Assembly (NCBI GenBank): GCA_041303415.1 | Contig: JBFYPG010000021.1 | Span: 6,532 to 70,531 of the forward strand | Source of the DNA: Bacteroidales bacterium | GTDB lineage: Bacteria; Bacteroidota; Bacteroidia; Bacteroidales; VadinHA17 | Length of the DNA stretch: 64,000 nt | Direction: 5' to 3' | In this document: piece after piece, positions 25,756 through 35,621 of the stretch | Layout of the letters: each line of letters begins with the position of its first letter | Numbering within the stretch: position 1 is the stretch's first letter | The notes under the pieces: model-generated | Seen by the model: the letters and a program-made list of their open reading frames with translations, nothing else | What the model was told of the DNA's origin: nothing | The model's database searches: none | Position numbers and translations under genes: made by a program

Positions 25756-27909
25756 ATGGATATTGCAGCGATAAAAGCACAGCACAGGCTCATTAAGGAA
25801 TGGAAATATACCTGGACCCCCCTTGATAAAGGATATACTGACAAGACCCTTTATATTAATGTAGGTACTTCAGAAATAAAAGATAAAGATGTACCGCCGG
25901 TGATGAAGGAGAAATTCATTGGGGGCAAAGGATATGGACTCAGGCTACTTTGGGATGCCACGAAGCCTGACACAAAGTGGAATGATCCTGATAATGAGAT
26001 AATTATCTCCTCGGGGCCCATCGGCGGCATTACTCAGTACTCAGGTACCGGTAAATCGCTGGTGGTAAGCATCTCGCCGCAGACCGATTCGGTGATGGAC
26101 AGCAATGTGGGAGGGTTTTTCGGGCCATTCCTCAAGTTCTCGGGCTTTGATGCACTTGAACTGCAAGGGAAGTCGGACCGCGATGTGATAATTTTCATTG
26201 ACGGGATAAACCATAAGATTGAAATATTTGAGGCGCCTGCTGAAGCCCCTGACAGCCATGTGCTTGCCGAACAGCTTACCGAAATGTTTGCTGACAATGA
26301 CAATGAAAAAAAGAACATAGGGGTTGTTTCTTCGGGTTCTGCTGCTGAACACTCCCTGATAGGGATGCTTAATTTCAGCTTTTATGACCCGAAGCGGAAG
26401 AAAGTAAGAATGAAGCAGGCCGGAAGGGGAGGCATTGGCACGGTTTTCCGTAACAAGAAGATAAAGGCGCTGGTGTGCAAGGTGCCCGGAGTAAAGGGTA
26501 ACCTTAACAATGTTGTTGATCTTGATGCGATCATGGAGCGCGGCCGACGTTTCAACCGTGAGATACGTGAGCTTGACGACAAGCAGTGCCGCATGCGGAA
26601 GGTGGGAACAGCTCACCTGATGGAGATCATGGATGATCACGATCTCCTTCCGACACATAACTATAAATTCGGCTCACATAAGGATGCACCCAGGATTGAT
26701 TCTGCAGTCTGGACATCATTCTTCACACAGGGTATTCCAGATGGCTGCTGGATAGGATGCAACATGGCCTGTTCCAAGGCAATTGACGACTATGAGCTTG
26801 CCAGCGGCCCGTACAAGGGACAGAAAGTTATGGTAGACGGACCGGAATATGAGACTGCTGCAGGCCTTGGCTCAAACGGCGGATTCTTCGACCCGCGTTA
26901 TATAATTGAAGCCAATTTCTACTGCGACACATACGGGATCTGCACAATAACATGGGGCACCAGCCTGGCCTTTATCCAGGAGTGCTATTCAAACGGCATC
27001 CTGAACAAGGAACGCACAGGCGGACTTGAGCTTACTTTCGGCAATATACCGGCCGCTCTTGAACTGCTTCACCAGGCAGCTCGCGGCGAGGGATTCGGCA
27101 AGATCGCCGGACAGGGAGTGCGCCGCATGAAACAGATATTTGCAGAAAAAGGATGGGGTGACCCTGAATTCATGCAGGATATTGGCATGGAGAACAAGGG
27201 TCTCGAATATTCGCAGTACATGTCGAAGGAGTCCCTTGCACAGCAGGGTGGTTATGCGATGACAAACAAAGGCCCCCAGCACGATGAAGCCTGGCTCATT
27301 TTCATGGATATGGTCAATAACCAGATACCTACCTTCGAAAACAAGGCCGAAGCTTTGCATTATTTCCCCATGTTTCGTACCTGGTTCGGCCTGGTGGGCC
27401 TCTGCAAACTTCCATGGAACGATGTTGAACCGGAAAACAATGCCGAAACCGATGAGCCTGCAAAGGTGCCTGAACATGTTGATAATTATGTTACTATATA
27501 CAGAGCAGTTACCGGAAGGACATTTGATAACAAGAGGCTTATTGAAGACTCAGAACGGGTGTACAATTTCCAGAGAGTATTCAATCTTCGAAGGGGTTAC
27601 GGAAAACGGAAAGATGATGACCAGCCTTACCGGGCATGCGGACCTGTTACAGTTGAGGAGTATGAATCGAGGGCTGAGAGATATGACAGGCAGCTGAAGG
27701 AAAAAACCGGGTTTGACCCTGATGGAAAGAGCACGGAAGAGAAGATGAAAGTTCTGCGCAAATACCGTGAGGATCAGTATGACAGTCTTCGTGATGCTGT
27801 CTACAATCGGCGTGGATGGAATAAAAACGGGATCCCCACAATCGAACACCTCAGGAAGATCGGGATGGATTTTCCCGAAGTTATAGAAGTGGTAAAATAC
27901 TATCAGTAA
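25756..27909 (+). CDS. Aldehyde:ferredoxin oxidoreductase family enzyme (tungsto-/molybdopterin; long YdhV-like form)
   Basis: 717 aa. N-terminal AOR_N pattern (YTDKTLYINV...GGKGYGLRLLW...SGPIGG) and a central GPEYET...G block. Followed by moeA and mogA. Confidence 0.85.
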   Translation: MDIAAIKAQHRLIKEWKYTWTPLDKGYTDKTLYINVGTSEIKDKDVPPVMKEKFIGGKGYGLRLLWDATKPDTKWNDPDNEIIISSGPIGGITQYSGTGKSLVVSISPQTDSVMDSNVGGFFGPFLKFSGFDALELQGKSDRDVIIFIDGINHKIEIFEAPAEAPDSHVLAEQLTEMFADNDNEKKNIGVVSSGSAAEHSLIGMLNFSFYDPKRKKVRMKQAGRGGIGTVFRNKKIKALVCKVPGVKGNLNNVVDLDAIMERGRRFNREIRELDDKQCRMRKVGTAHLMEIMDDHDLLPTHNYKFGSHKDAPRIDSAVWTSFFTQGIPDGCWIGCNMACSKAIDDYELASGPYKGQKVMVDGPEYETAAGLGSNGGFFDPRYIIEANFYCDTYGICTITWGTSLAFIQECYSNGILNKERTGGLELTFGNIPAALELLHQAARGEGFGKIAGQGVRRMKQIFAEKGWGDPEFMQDIGMENKGLEYSQYMSKESLAQQGGYAMTNKGPQHDEAWLIFMDMVNNQIPTFENKAEALHYFPMFRTWFGLVGLCKLPWNDVEPENNAETDEPAKVPEHVDNYVTIYRAVTGRTFDNKRLIEDSERVYNFQRVFNLRRGYGKRKDDDQPYRACGPVTVEEYESRAERYDRQLKEKTGFDPDGKSTEEKMKVLRKYREDQYDSLRDAVYNRRGWNKNGIPTIEHLRKIGMDFPEVIEVVKYYQ

Positions 27910-27915
27910 CTATCA

Positions 27916-29091
27916 ATGATCCCGTATGAAAAGGCTTTTGAGATTGTTATGAATTCCTCCTTCACGCTGGGGAATGAGGAGGTCCCTTTCACAAAGTCTT
28001 TAGGCCGGATACTTGCCGCTGATGTCGTCAGCGACATGGATATGCCCCCGTTCAATAAAGCATCCATGGATGGCTTTGCCTGCAGGAAGTCAGATATTTC
28101 CGGCGACCTTGAGATCATTGAGACAATTGCTGCCGGGAAATGGCCTGAAAAAAAGGTGGGAAGGGGCCAGTGCTCGCGCATCATGACAGGCGCTGCGGTA
28201 CCTGATGGAGCTGATTGCATCATAATTGTTGAAGAAACCATGATCCCTGAGTCGGGTAAGGTAAGATTTACCGGATCATCAATAAAAGAAAATATTGCAT
28301 TTAAAGCTGAGGATATACGGAAGGGTGATGTAGTTATAAGGGCACCAAAACAAATCACTCCGCAGGACATTGCCGTAATGGCCACAGTGGGGCATACAGC
28401 TGTGACGGTGAGCAGGATGCCCCGGATCGCTGTTATCAGTTCAGGCGACGAGATAGTTGAGCCTGATCAGGTTCCCGGAGTGTCTCAGATCAGGAACAGC
28501 AATTCATACCAGCTAGCAGCCCAGGCAGAAAGGACAGGAGTTGCAGCCAGGTACTACGGCATTGTAAGGGACGATGTTGAGGAAACATTCTCAGTGATAT
28601 CAGATGCAATCGCTGAAAATGAGATTATGCTGATTACAGGAGGAGTCTCGATGGGCGATTTTGATTTTGTTCCTTCAGTGCTTGAGCGGGCAGGAGTGAA
28701 AATTCTTTTTTCACGGGTGGCAGTCCAGCCGGGAAAGCCGACTACGTTCGGAGTACATCCAAAAGCCCTGGTTTTCGGTCTTCCGGGCAATCCGGTATCT
28801 TCATTTGTTCAGTTCGAGCTTCTTGTAAGGCCATTGATATACAGGATGATGGGAATGAACTGGGAACCGCTGACAATCTCCGTCCCTTTGAAGGATCGAT
28901 ATTCAAGGAGATCATCAGACAGGATGGGATTGATACCGGTGCATATCACATCTGACGGATTCGCGGAAGTCGTTGAGTTCCATGGTTCGGCGCACATTTC
29001 AGCGCTGCCCGGTGCATCAGGGATCGTAGCTATTTCCCTGGGCGTAAATGCGATTGAAAAAGGAGAGATTGTAAGGGTGAGGCAGATTTAA
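27916..29091 (+). CDS. moeA: Molybdopterin molybdo(tungsto)transferase
   Basis: 391 aa. Blocks PPFNKASMDGFA, RIMTGAAVPDGAD, ITGGVSMGDFDFV, VAVQPGKP and GLPGNPVSS. Confidence 0.85.
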   Translation: MIPYEKAFEIVMNSSFTLGNEEVPFTKSLGRILAADVVSDMDMPPFNKASMDGFACRKSDISGDLEIIETIAAGKWPEKKVGRGQCSRIMTGAAVPDGADCIIIVEETMIPESGKVRFTGSSIKENIAFKAEDIRKGDVVIRAPKQITPQDIAVMATVGHTAVTVSRMPRIAVISSGDEIVEPDQVPGVSQIRNSNSYQLAAQAERTGVAARYYGIVRDDVEETFSVISDAIAENEIMLITGGVSMGDFDFVPSVLERAGVKILFSRVAVQPGKPTTFGVHPKALVFGLPGNPVSSFVQFELLVRPLIYRMMGMNWEPLTISVPLKDRYSRRSSDRMGLIPVHITSDGFAEVVEFHGSAHISALPGASGIVAISLGVNAIEKGEIVRVRQI

Positions 29092-29118
29092 CGGACAGGA
29101 TGTTAATTATCAGATAAA

Positions 29119-29634
29119 ATGGAATTTCCGGGAAAGATAAATGTGCTGATTGTCACGCTTAGTGACAGGGCGCATGCCGGTGAGTACAGTGACCTCAGCG
29201 GACCTAAGATAAAGGAGATACTGACTGGTTTTTTCTGGGAACAGAACTGGTCTGGTGAGTTCAAACTCGTGCTTATCCCTGACGATGCAGCGCTGCTTGA
29301 GGGTATACTCAGAAGCTCAGGCAATGGGTACCAGGTGATTTTCACAACAGGCGGTACGGGGATCGGTCCGAGAGATATTACGGTCGAAACAGTCAGACCG
29401 CTCCTCTCAAAGGAGATACCCGGGATAATGGAATACATACGTGTGAAGTACGGATCAGAAAAACCCAATGCGCTTTTGAGCAGGGGTGTGGCAGGAATTT
29501 TGGGTAAAGCACTTATCTATACATTGCCCGGATCGGTGAAGGCTGTCGATGAGTATATGACCGAGATCCTTAAAACCCTGAAGCATACACTTGAGATGAA
29601 GTCGGGAATCGATAAGCATCCCCGGCATCAATAG
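29119..29634 (+). CDS. mogA: MogA/MoaB-family molybdenum cofactor biosynthesis protein
   Basis: 171 aa. Blocks VTLSDR and IFTTGGTGIGPRD.T.E, plus LPGS.KAV. Confidence 0.8.
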   Translation: MEFPGKINVLIVTLSDRAHAGEYSDLSGPKIKEILTGFFWEQNWSGEFKLVLIPDDAALLEGILRSSGNGYQVIFTTGGTGIGPRDITVETVRPLLSKEIPGIMEYIRVKYGSEKPNALLSRGVAGILGKALIYTLPGSVKAVDEYMTEILKTLKHTLEMKSGIDKHPRHQ

Positions 29635-30917
29635 TTGAACCTGTTATTTGTATTTGCAGCCGCAGTTCCGATTACCCGGTCATAACGCTCATAAGGGTTC
29701 CTGTAATACACGAGGACAAAGTAGTCGTTTTCGGTTTCATAGTGGCTTCCTTCAAACAGTGTTGCAGTCCCCTGGGTTTCGCCTTCTTTGAGAAATACAT
29801 ATTCGTAATTGTACCATCCCTGCTTCAGGAGCATTGAGCATTCATACTGGCCATCCTGCTGATTGTAAACCATAAGGTTATTATCGTTAAAATTCCAGTT
29901 GTTAAGCGCACCTGCTACATACATGCTTCCACCGGCCACCATATATTTTGAAGCAAGTGTAAAATATACATTTAAATAATCGGCATCTGTCTCCGGTTCC
30001 CTTCCCTCATCGGATGCTACATAAAACTTACCGTTGAAATCCTGCCAGAAAAAATAGGGTTTGAACTCGCGGCTTTCCGAAGGAGTAAGATAAATATTGT
30101 AGTAGGGTGGTGAATAATCTATTATCCTTACGAATTCTGTCTTGTACCTTATGCTTTTAATATCGAAGTAACGGAATTCGTTGCCTCCCGGAAAGATGTT
30201 CTTTTCCGTCATCGCGTTGAATTTAAGCTCGTTGTTTCCCGTAAAATCAGGCTTGAGGTTCATTTTTGCATTATTCCACCTGCCGTTCTGAAGTACGGAG
30301 CAGTAGATGTTCCGCATCGGATCGGTTACGGGTGTCCCCGCTAGCTTTACAGTGAAATCAAACTGTTGGCCTGTATTGTTGAATGCCGTGATAATAGGAC
30401 GGTAAGCCCTGAAGTCAATCTTCACGCTCTCCTCGGAGACCACAAACCGCTGTATCAGAACAGGTTTGTCAGGCTCGCCGTAGGGATATACTACAATGAC
30501 ATAATTACCTGATAGCAAGAATGATATCCTGTCATTTGGAAATGAGAGGATGTAGTGAAAGTACCTTACTGTCGTATTGAAAGAGGGCTTCACATCTTCA
30601 ATTGGATTATCAGGGAATCCTTCAACAAATTCGCTTGAAAAAACACCGGACCGGTTCCAGTCCTTGTCGCAATGAATAAAAGTATAATAATATGTCTCTG
30701 AATTATTGTCGACGAGATCAAACTGAAGGACAAGCTTCTCGCCGCCGTTCAGCTTTATTACCGGGTATGAAAAGTTCCATCCTTCCTTATACAGCTGAAC
30801 TGTTTTGATCCTTCTGTCGGAAATATTGTTTGCAAGCAGATCATTATCCGGCTCTAATGCTCCGGAAATGGCTGTTGTTAAGCCAATAAGTATGATAAAA
30901 GTCAGTGTTCTGATCAT
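29628..30917 (-). CDS. Secreted protein resembling the DUF5103 / T9SS-plug N-terminal domain family
   Basis: ATG at 30917 gives the signal peptide MIRTLTFIILIGLTTAISG. The blocks IKTVQLYKEGW.FSYPVIKLNGGEKLVLQFD and YYYTFIHCDKDW match my recollection of DUF5103. Not verified by search. Confidence 0.45.
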   Translation of the reverse strand: MIRTLTFIILIGLTTAISGALEPDNDLLANNISDRRIKTVQLYKEGWNFSYPVIKLNGGEKLVLQFDLVDNNSETYYYTFIHCDKDWNRSGVFSSEFVEGFPDNPIEDVKPSFNTTVRYFHYILSFPNDRISFLLSGNYVIVVYPYGEPDKPVLIQRFVVSEESVKIDFRAYRPIITAFNNTGQQFDFTVKLAGTPVTDPMRNIYCSVLQNGRWNNAKMNLKPDFTGNNELKFNAMTEKNIFPGGNEFRYFDIKSIRYKTEFVRIIDYSPPYYNIYLTPSESREFKPYFFWQDFNGKFYVASDEGREPETDADYLNVYFTLASKYMVAGGSMYVAGALNNWNFNDNNLMVYNQQDGQYECSMLLKQGWYNYEYVFLKEGETQGTATLFEGSHYETENDYFVLVYYRNPYERYDRVIGTAAANTNNRFNY

Positions 30918-31008
30918 TAGATCCCCTTTCAAAGAAATGTTAACAAAAATAGTGCAAAAATTATCATATCATATTTGGCATTTTTGAATAATTGATGCAA
31001 GCTATTTA

Positions 31009-31016
31009 TACATTTG
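31009..31016 (+). promoter_or_regulatory. Candidate Bacteroidota -7 promoter element (TAnnTTTG) upstream of nqrA
   Basis: TAcaTTTG lies 67 nt upstream of the nqrA ATG, with a TTTG at 30983-30986 (22-nt spacer, slightly long for the -33 element). This is a motif match only. Confidence 0.3.
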
Positions 31017-31082
31017 CAGTCAGTGTTAATTTATTAACAGAACTCATTTCCTTTGAAATTATTTTAATGCCTTCAAAATAAA

Positions 31083-32426
31083 ATGTCCAGAACGATCAGG
31101 TTAAAAAAGGGATTGAATATCCCAATAAAGGGTGCAGCCGAAAAAATTTTAGCCGGAGAATTAAATCCTGTCAGGTATGGGGTAAGACCTGTTGATTTCC
31201 CGGGGCTCATTCCCAAGCTGGAAGTAAAGCCGGGTGACAAAGTAAAAGCAGGAACTCCCCTGTTTCATGACAAAATACGGGCGGAGATAAAATTTACTTC
31301 TCCCGTCAGCGGCACTGTATTATCGGTTGAACGCGGCGACCGAAGGAAGATGCTGGAGGTTATTGTCGAGAGAAGCGGAGATGATCATATCGATTTCGGG
31401 AAGGCGGATACTGAATCGCTTTCGCGTGAAAAAATAAAGGAATTGCTCCTGGCTTCAGGCCTGTGGCCGGCAGTCAGACAGCGTCCTTACCATGTAGTCG
31501 CAAAACCCGCCGATGTGCCAAAGTCAATATTTGTGTCTGGCTTTGATACGGCTCCGCTCGCTCCTGATTATGAGTTCATTACGAAAAACTCGCCGGTTTC
31601 ATTATTCAATACGGGTATCAGGGCTGTATCAAAACTTACCGATGGAAAAGTAAACCTGGTTCTTAACGTACCAGGGTCATCCCTGAGCAGCACACCGGGT
31701 GTTGAGATATCATACATCTCGGGTCCGCATCCTGCAGGAAATACAGGAGTGCATATTCACCACCTTGATCCGGTGAACAAGGGAGAAGTTGTCTGGTACA
31801 TCAACCTCCAGGATGTGATTGCAATCGGAAGGCTTTTTGCAGAAGGCATTTACAAACCTGAAAGGATAGTTGCACTGGCAGGGTCAGAAGTTCTTCATCC
31901 GCAGTATTATAAGGTTCTTTCGGGAAGCAGCATTGCACCGCTTGTAAAGGACAATGTCAAGCCAGGCAATCTGCGTTATATCAGCGGCAACGTGCTGACC
32001 GGGACAAAAATTCCGTCTGACGGGTTCCTGGGATATTATGATTCACAGGTTACTGTAATACCTGAGGGTGATTATTATGAGTTCTTCGGATGGGCGGCTC
32101 CCGGTGCAAATAAATACAGCTTTTACAAAACGTTCATGTCAAGCCTTATGCCCGGGAAGGATTACAGGCTTGATACCAATTTTCACGGAGGTGAAAGGGC
32201 TTTTGTGCTGACAGGCAATTATGAAAAAGTTGTGCCGATGGATATCTATCCGATGCAGCTTCTTAAGGCAATGCTCGCAGGCGATATAGATATGATGGAA
32301 AACCTGGGAGTCTATGAGGTGGCAGAAGAGGATCTGGCTCTTTGTGAATTTATTTGTCCGTCAAAAATCGAGATCCAGTCTATTGTAAGAAAAGGCCTTG
32401 ATCTTATGATGAAGGAAATGAGTTAA
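31083..32426 (+). CDS. nqrA: Na+-translocating NADH:quinone oxidoreductase subunit A
   Basis: 447 aa. The N-terminal I.LKKGL.IPI.G pattern is present, and it is the first gene of a collinear nqrABCDEF set. Confidence 0.9.
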   Translation: MSRTIRLKKGLNIPIKGAAEKILAGELNPVRYGVRPVDFPGLIPKLEVKPGDKVKAGTPLFHDKIRAEIKFTSPVSGTVLSVERGDRRKMLEVIVERSGDDHIDFGKADTESLSREKIKELLLASGLWPAVRQRPYHVVAKPADVPKSIFVSGFDTAPLAPDYEFITKNSPVSLFNTGIRAVSKLTDGKVNLVLNVPGSSLSSTPGVEISYISGPHPAGNTGVHIHHLDPVNKGEVVWYINLQDVIAIGRLFAEGIYKPERIVALAGSEVLHPQYYKVLSGSSIAPLVKDNVKPGNLRYISGNVLTGTKIPSDGFLGYYDSQVTVIPEGDYYEFFGWAAPGANKYSFYKTFMSSLMPGKDYRLDTNFHGGERAFVLTGNYEKVVPMDIYPMQLLKAMLAGDIDMMENLGVYEVAEEDLALCEFICPSKIEIQSIVRKGLDLMMKEMS

Positions 32427-32448
32427 ATTACACCAGAGATTAATTATA

Positions 32449-33612
32449 ATGAGTTCGCTGAGAAACAAGTTGGATAAGCTTAAGCCCCATTTCACGGAAG
32501 GGGGCAGGTTCGCAAAGCTTCAGTCGGTATTTGAAGGGTTCGAATCATTCATGTTCGTTCCCAACAAAGTGACTTTCAGGGGATCGCATATCCGCGACAG
32601 CCTCGACCTTAAACGAACAATGACCGTGGTGTTAATAGCCCTGGTGCCGGCACTTCTGTTCGGTTGTTATAACACCGGGCTTCAGCACTTCAGGTCGGTG
32701 GGTTTGGATCCGGGTATCCTTAAGGCTTTCGGATTTGGTTTCCTGAAGCTGCTGCCGCTTATAATCGTAAGTTATGTTACCGGGCTTGGCATTGAATTTA
32801 TTGCTGCACAGATCCGGGGTCACGAGATCAATGAGGGCTTTCTGGTTTCAGGACTTCTGATCCCCCTCATCATGCCGATCGACATTCCTCTCTGGATGCT
32901 TGCTCTTGCAACAGCGTTTGCCGTAATACTGGGTAAAGAGGTATTCGGCGGCACAGGAATGAATATTTTCAATCCGGCGCTCCTGGCAAGGGCATTTCTC
33001 TTTTTCAGCTATCCCGGCTGGATGACCGGAGACAATGTCTGGACAGAGGGTCTTGCAAAAGGGCAAAACATTATTGACGGTTACTCAGGGGCGACTCCGC
33101 TGGCATTGTGTGCCCAGGGAAATCTGTCAGAACTGCCCTCATTCATGGATATGTTCATTGGCACTATCCCCGGATCAGTTGGAGAAACATCAACCCTTGC
33201 CATTCTGATCGGCGCCCTGATACTTATTGTTACCGGGATAGGCAACTGGAAGATAATCCTCAGCGTTTTTGCAGGCGGACTCACAATGGGGCTGCTTTTT
33301 AATGCCGCATCGGCCAATGCTTACATGGAACTTCCTTTCTACTATCATTTTGTGATGGGAGGGTTTGCCTTCGGGGCTGTATTTATGGCAACAGATCCGG
33401 TTTCGGCATCCCAGACTGAAACGGGCAAATGGATCTACGGATTCCTGGTTGGATTTCTGTCGATCCTTTTCAGGGTGCTGAACCCGGCTTATCCTGAAGG
33501 AGTTATGCTTGCAATTCTGCTTATGAACCTGTTTGCCCCTCTTATCGATCACTATATGGTGCAGTCAAATATCAGGAGAAGGATGAAACGGGCAGTGCTA
33601 ACGACCAAATAA
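32449..33612 (+). CDS. nqrB: Na+-NQR subunit B
   Basis: Polytopic membrane protein carrying the FMN-attachment context GYSGATPLA. Confidence 0.9.
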   Translation: MSSLRNKLDKLKPHFTEGGRFAKLQSVFEGFESFMFVPNKVTFRGSHIRDSLDLKRTMTVVLIALVPALLFGCYNTGLQHFRSVGLDPGILKAFGFGFLKLLPLIIVSYVTGLGIEFIAAQIRGHEINEGFLVSGLLIPLIMPIDIPLWMLALATAFAVILGKEVFGGTGMNIFNPALLARAFLFFSYPGWMTGDNVWTEGLAKGQNIIDGYSGATPLALCAQGNLSELPSFMDMFIGTIPGSVGETSTLAILIGALILIVTGIGNWKIILSVFAGGLTMGLLFNAASANAYMELPFYYHFVMGGFAFGAVFMATDPVSASQTETGKWIYGFLVGFLSILFRVLNPAYPEGVMLAILLMNLFAPLIDHYMVQSNIRRRMKRAVLTTK

Positions 33613-33621
33613 TTCAAGAAG

Positions 33622-34323
33622 ATGAAACACTTCAGCAACAGATATATTTTCATATTCTCGACAGTGATGGTAATTATAGTTGCAGCATTGCTGTCACTTG
33701 CTGCCACTCTGCTGCAGCCGGCCCAGGAAAAAAACCTTGAGATCGAAAAGAAACGGAGCATGCTTGAATCAATTCGTATCCCTGCAACAAAGCAAAATGC
33801 GGTCGACCTTTACGAAAAGTATATCAGGGATAGTTTTGTTCTGAATGTTAAAGGTGAGCCTGTTGAAGGTGTTGACGCCTTTACGGTTGTCCTTAAAAAT
33901 GAGCAGAAGAAACCGCTTGAGGAGCAGTATCTTCCGGTTTTCAGTGCTGAACCCGATGACGGTGAAAAACTGATTATCCTGCCTGTTGAAGGGAAAGGTC
34001 TCTGGGGGCCGATCTGGGGTTACATATCGCTTAAGTCAGATATGAACACCATTTACGGTGTCACCTTCGATCATAAGGGGGAAACTCCCGGCCTTGGAGC
34101 CGAGATCAACACGACCCCATTTGAAAGCATGTTCATGGATAAACTGCTTTATCAGGATGGGTCGTTCGTCTCTGTACAGGTTCACAAGGGAGGAGCGGAT
34201 CCTGCAGACAGCCATGGAGTGGATGCCATCTCGGGAGGAACAATTACCAGCAAAGGTCTTGAAAAAATGCTTCTTGACTGTCTGCAGAAATATGATGATT
34301 ACCTTATAAAAAACAGAATATAA
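33622..34323 (+). CDS. nqrC: Na+-NQR subunit C
   Basis: Single N-terminal TM helix. Blocks GKGLWGPIWGYISL, ETPGLGAEI and the FMN-attachment context DAISGGTITS. Confidence 0.9.
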   Translation: MKHFSNRYIFIFSTVMVIIVAALLSLAATLLQPAQEKNLEIEKKRSMLESIRIPATKQNAVDLYEKYIRDSFVLNVKGEPVEGVDAFTVVLKNEQKKPLEEQYLPVFSAEPDDGEKLIILPVEGKGLWGPIWGYISLKSDMNTIYGVTFDHKGETPGLGAEINTTPFESMFMDKLLYQDGSFVSVQVHKGGADPADSHGVDAISGGTITSKGLEKMLLDCLQKYDDYLIKNRI

Positions 34324-34326
34324 GAT

Positions 34327-34977
34327 ATGAGCGATCAGGAAAAGGAACCGATCTTTTCGGTAAAAAACCTAAAACTGCTTACCGGTCCCCTGGGAAGGAA
34401 CAATCCGATCACCGTTCAGGTTCTCGGAATATGCTCTGCCCTGGCTGTTACCGTTAAGTTAAAGCCCGCAATTGTCATGGCTCTGTCGGTAACCATCGTG
34501 ACTGCATTTTCAAATCTGGTAATTGCAGCGATGCGGAAATATATTCCCGACAGGATACGAATAATAGTACAGCTGGTAGTCATCGCAACAATGGTGATCC
34601 TTGTGGACCAGTTCCTGAAAGCCTATGTATTTGATGTCAGTAAACAGCTCTCAGTGTTCGTTGGCCTGATAATTACCAACTGCATAATTATGGGACGGCT
34701 GGAGGCTTTTGCAATGGCAAACAAACCATGGCCGTCATTCCTCGACGGACTGGGCAACGGGGCGGGATACGGTCTTATTCTTATTATAGTATCATTCTTC
34801 CGCGAACTGCTTGGTTCAGGAACCATCTATGGGTTCCCGGTAATGGAGAAACTGGGCATCTACAAGATCGGATATGAGAATAACGGTATGATAATCCTTC
34901 CGCCCATGGCCCTTATCCTGGTCGGCCTTATCATATGGGTCCAGAGAAGTCATAACAAGGAACTTATAGAGAAATAG
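34327..34977 (+). CDS. nqrD: Na+-NQR subunit D
   Basis: 216-aa polytopic protein with NNPITVQVLGICSALAVT and the Rnf/Nqr D-E family pattern. Confidence 0.9.
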   Translation: MSDQEKEPIFSVKNLKLLTGPLGRNNPITVQVLGICSALAVTVKLKPAIVMALSVTIVTAFSNLVIAAMRKYIPDRIRIIVQLVVIATMVILVDQFLKAYVFDVSKQLSVFVGLIITNCIIMGRLEAFAMANKPWPSFLDGLGNGAGYGLILIIVSFFRELLGSGTIYGFPVMEKLGIYKIGYENNGMIILPPMALILVGLIIWVQRSHNKELIEK

Positions 34978-34989
34978 GAGGGAACAACT

Positions 34990-35607
34990 ATGGAACACTA
35001 CCTGAATATATTCGTAAAGTCGATCTTTATCGATAACATGGTCTTTGCCTTTTTCCTTGGCATGTGCTCATATCTTGCTGTTTCAAAAACAGTTAAGACA
35101 TCAGTTGGATTGGGAATAGCTGTGATATTCGTTCTTCTGATAACTGTTCCGATGAACTTCCTTATAGAAAAATACATCCTGAAAAAAGGAGCCCTGATCT
35201 GGCTTGGCGAAGGATTTGCCGATGTTGACCTGAGCTTCCTTACATTCATGGTATTCATCGCTTTAATTGCAGCAATGGTTCAGCTTGTTGAGATGGTGGT
35301 TGAGAAATTCAGTCCTGCATTGTATAATTCGCTCGGAATATTTCTTCCTCTCATTGCAGTTAACTGTGCCATACTCGGAGCAGCCCTTTTTATGCAGGAA
35401 AGGGAGTACGAAAATGTTCTTGAGGCTACTGTTTTCGGGGTTGGATCGGGAATAGGGTGGATGCTGGCCATTGTTGGAATAGCGGCGATCAGGGAGAAAA
35501 TGCGATACAGCAACGTACCGGCCCCTTTAAGGGGGCTGGGGATCACATTCATCCTTACAGGGCTCATGGCAATTGCTTTTATGGGATTTATGGGAATAAC
35601 ACTCTGA
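34990..35607 (+). CDS. nqrE: Na+-NQR subunit E
   Basis: 205-aa polytopic protein. Blocks [18 protein letters not shown] and [12 protein letters not shown]. Confidence 0.9.
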   Translation: MEHYLNIFVKSIFIDNMVFAFFLGMCSYLAVSKTVKTSVGLGIAVIFVLLITVPMNFLIEKYILKKGALIWLGEGFADVDLSFLTFMVFIALIAAMVQLVEMVVEKFSPALYNSLGIFLPLIAVNCAILGAALFMQEREYENVLEATVFGVGSGIGWMLAIVGIAAIREKMRYSNVPAPLRGLGITFILTGLMAIAFMGFMGITL

Positions 35608-35621
35608 AAGAAATATAGATC

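Noticed and set aside
26041-26658. A 205-aa minus-strand ORF (and several 60-160-aa ones up to 27849) inside the AOR gene.
   Set aside because: They are antisense to a CDS with strong family motifs over its full length. This is a typical shadow ORF with no motif.
27903-29468. Minus-strand ORFs of 160, 78, 62 and 121 aa inside moeA and mogA.
   Set aside because: They are shadow ORFs antisense to clearly identified molybdenum cofactor genes.
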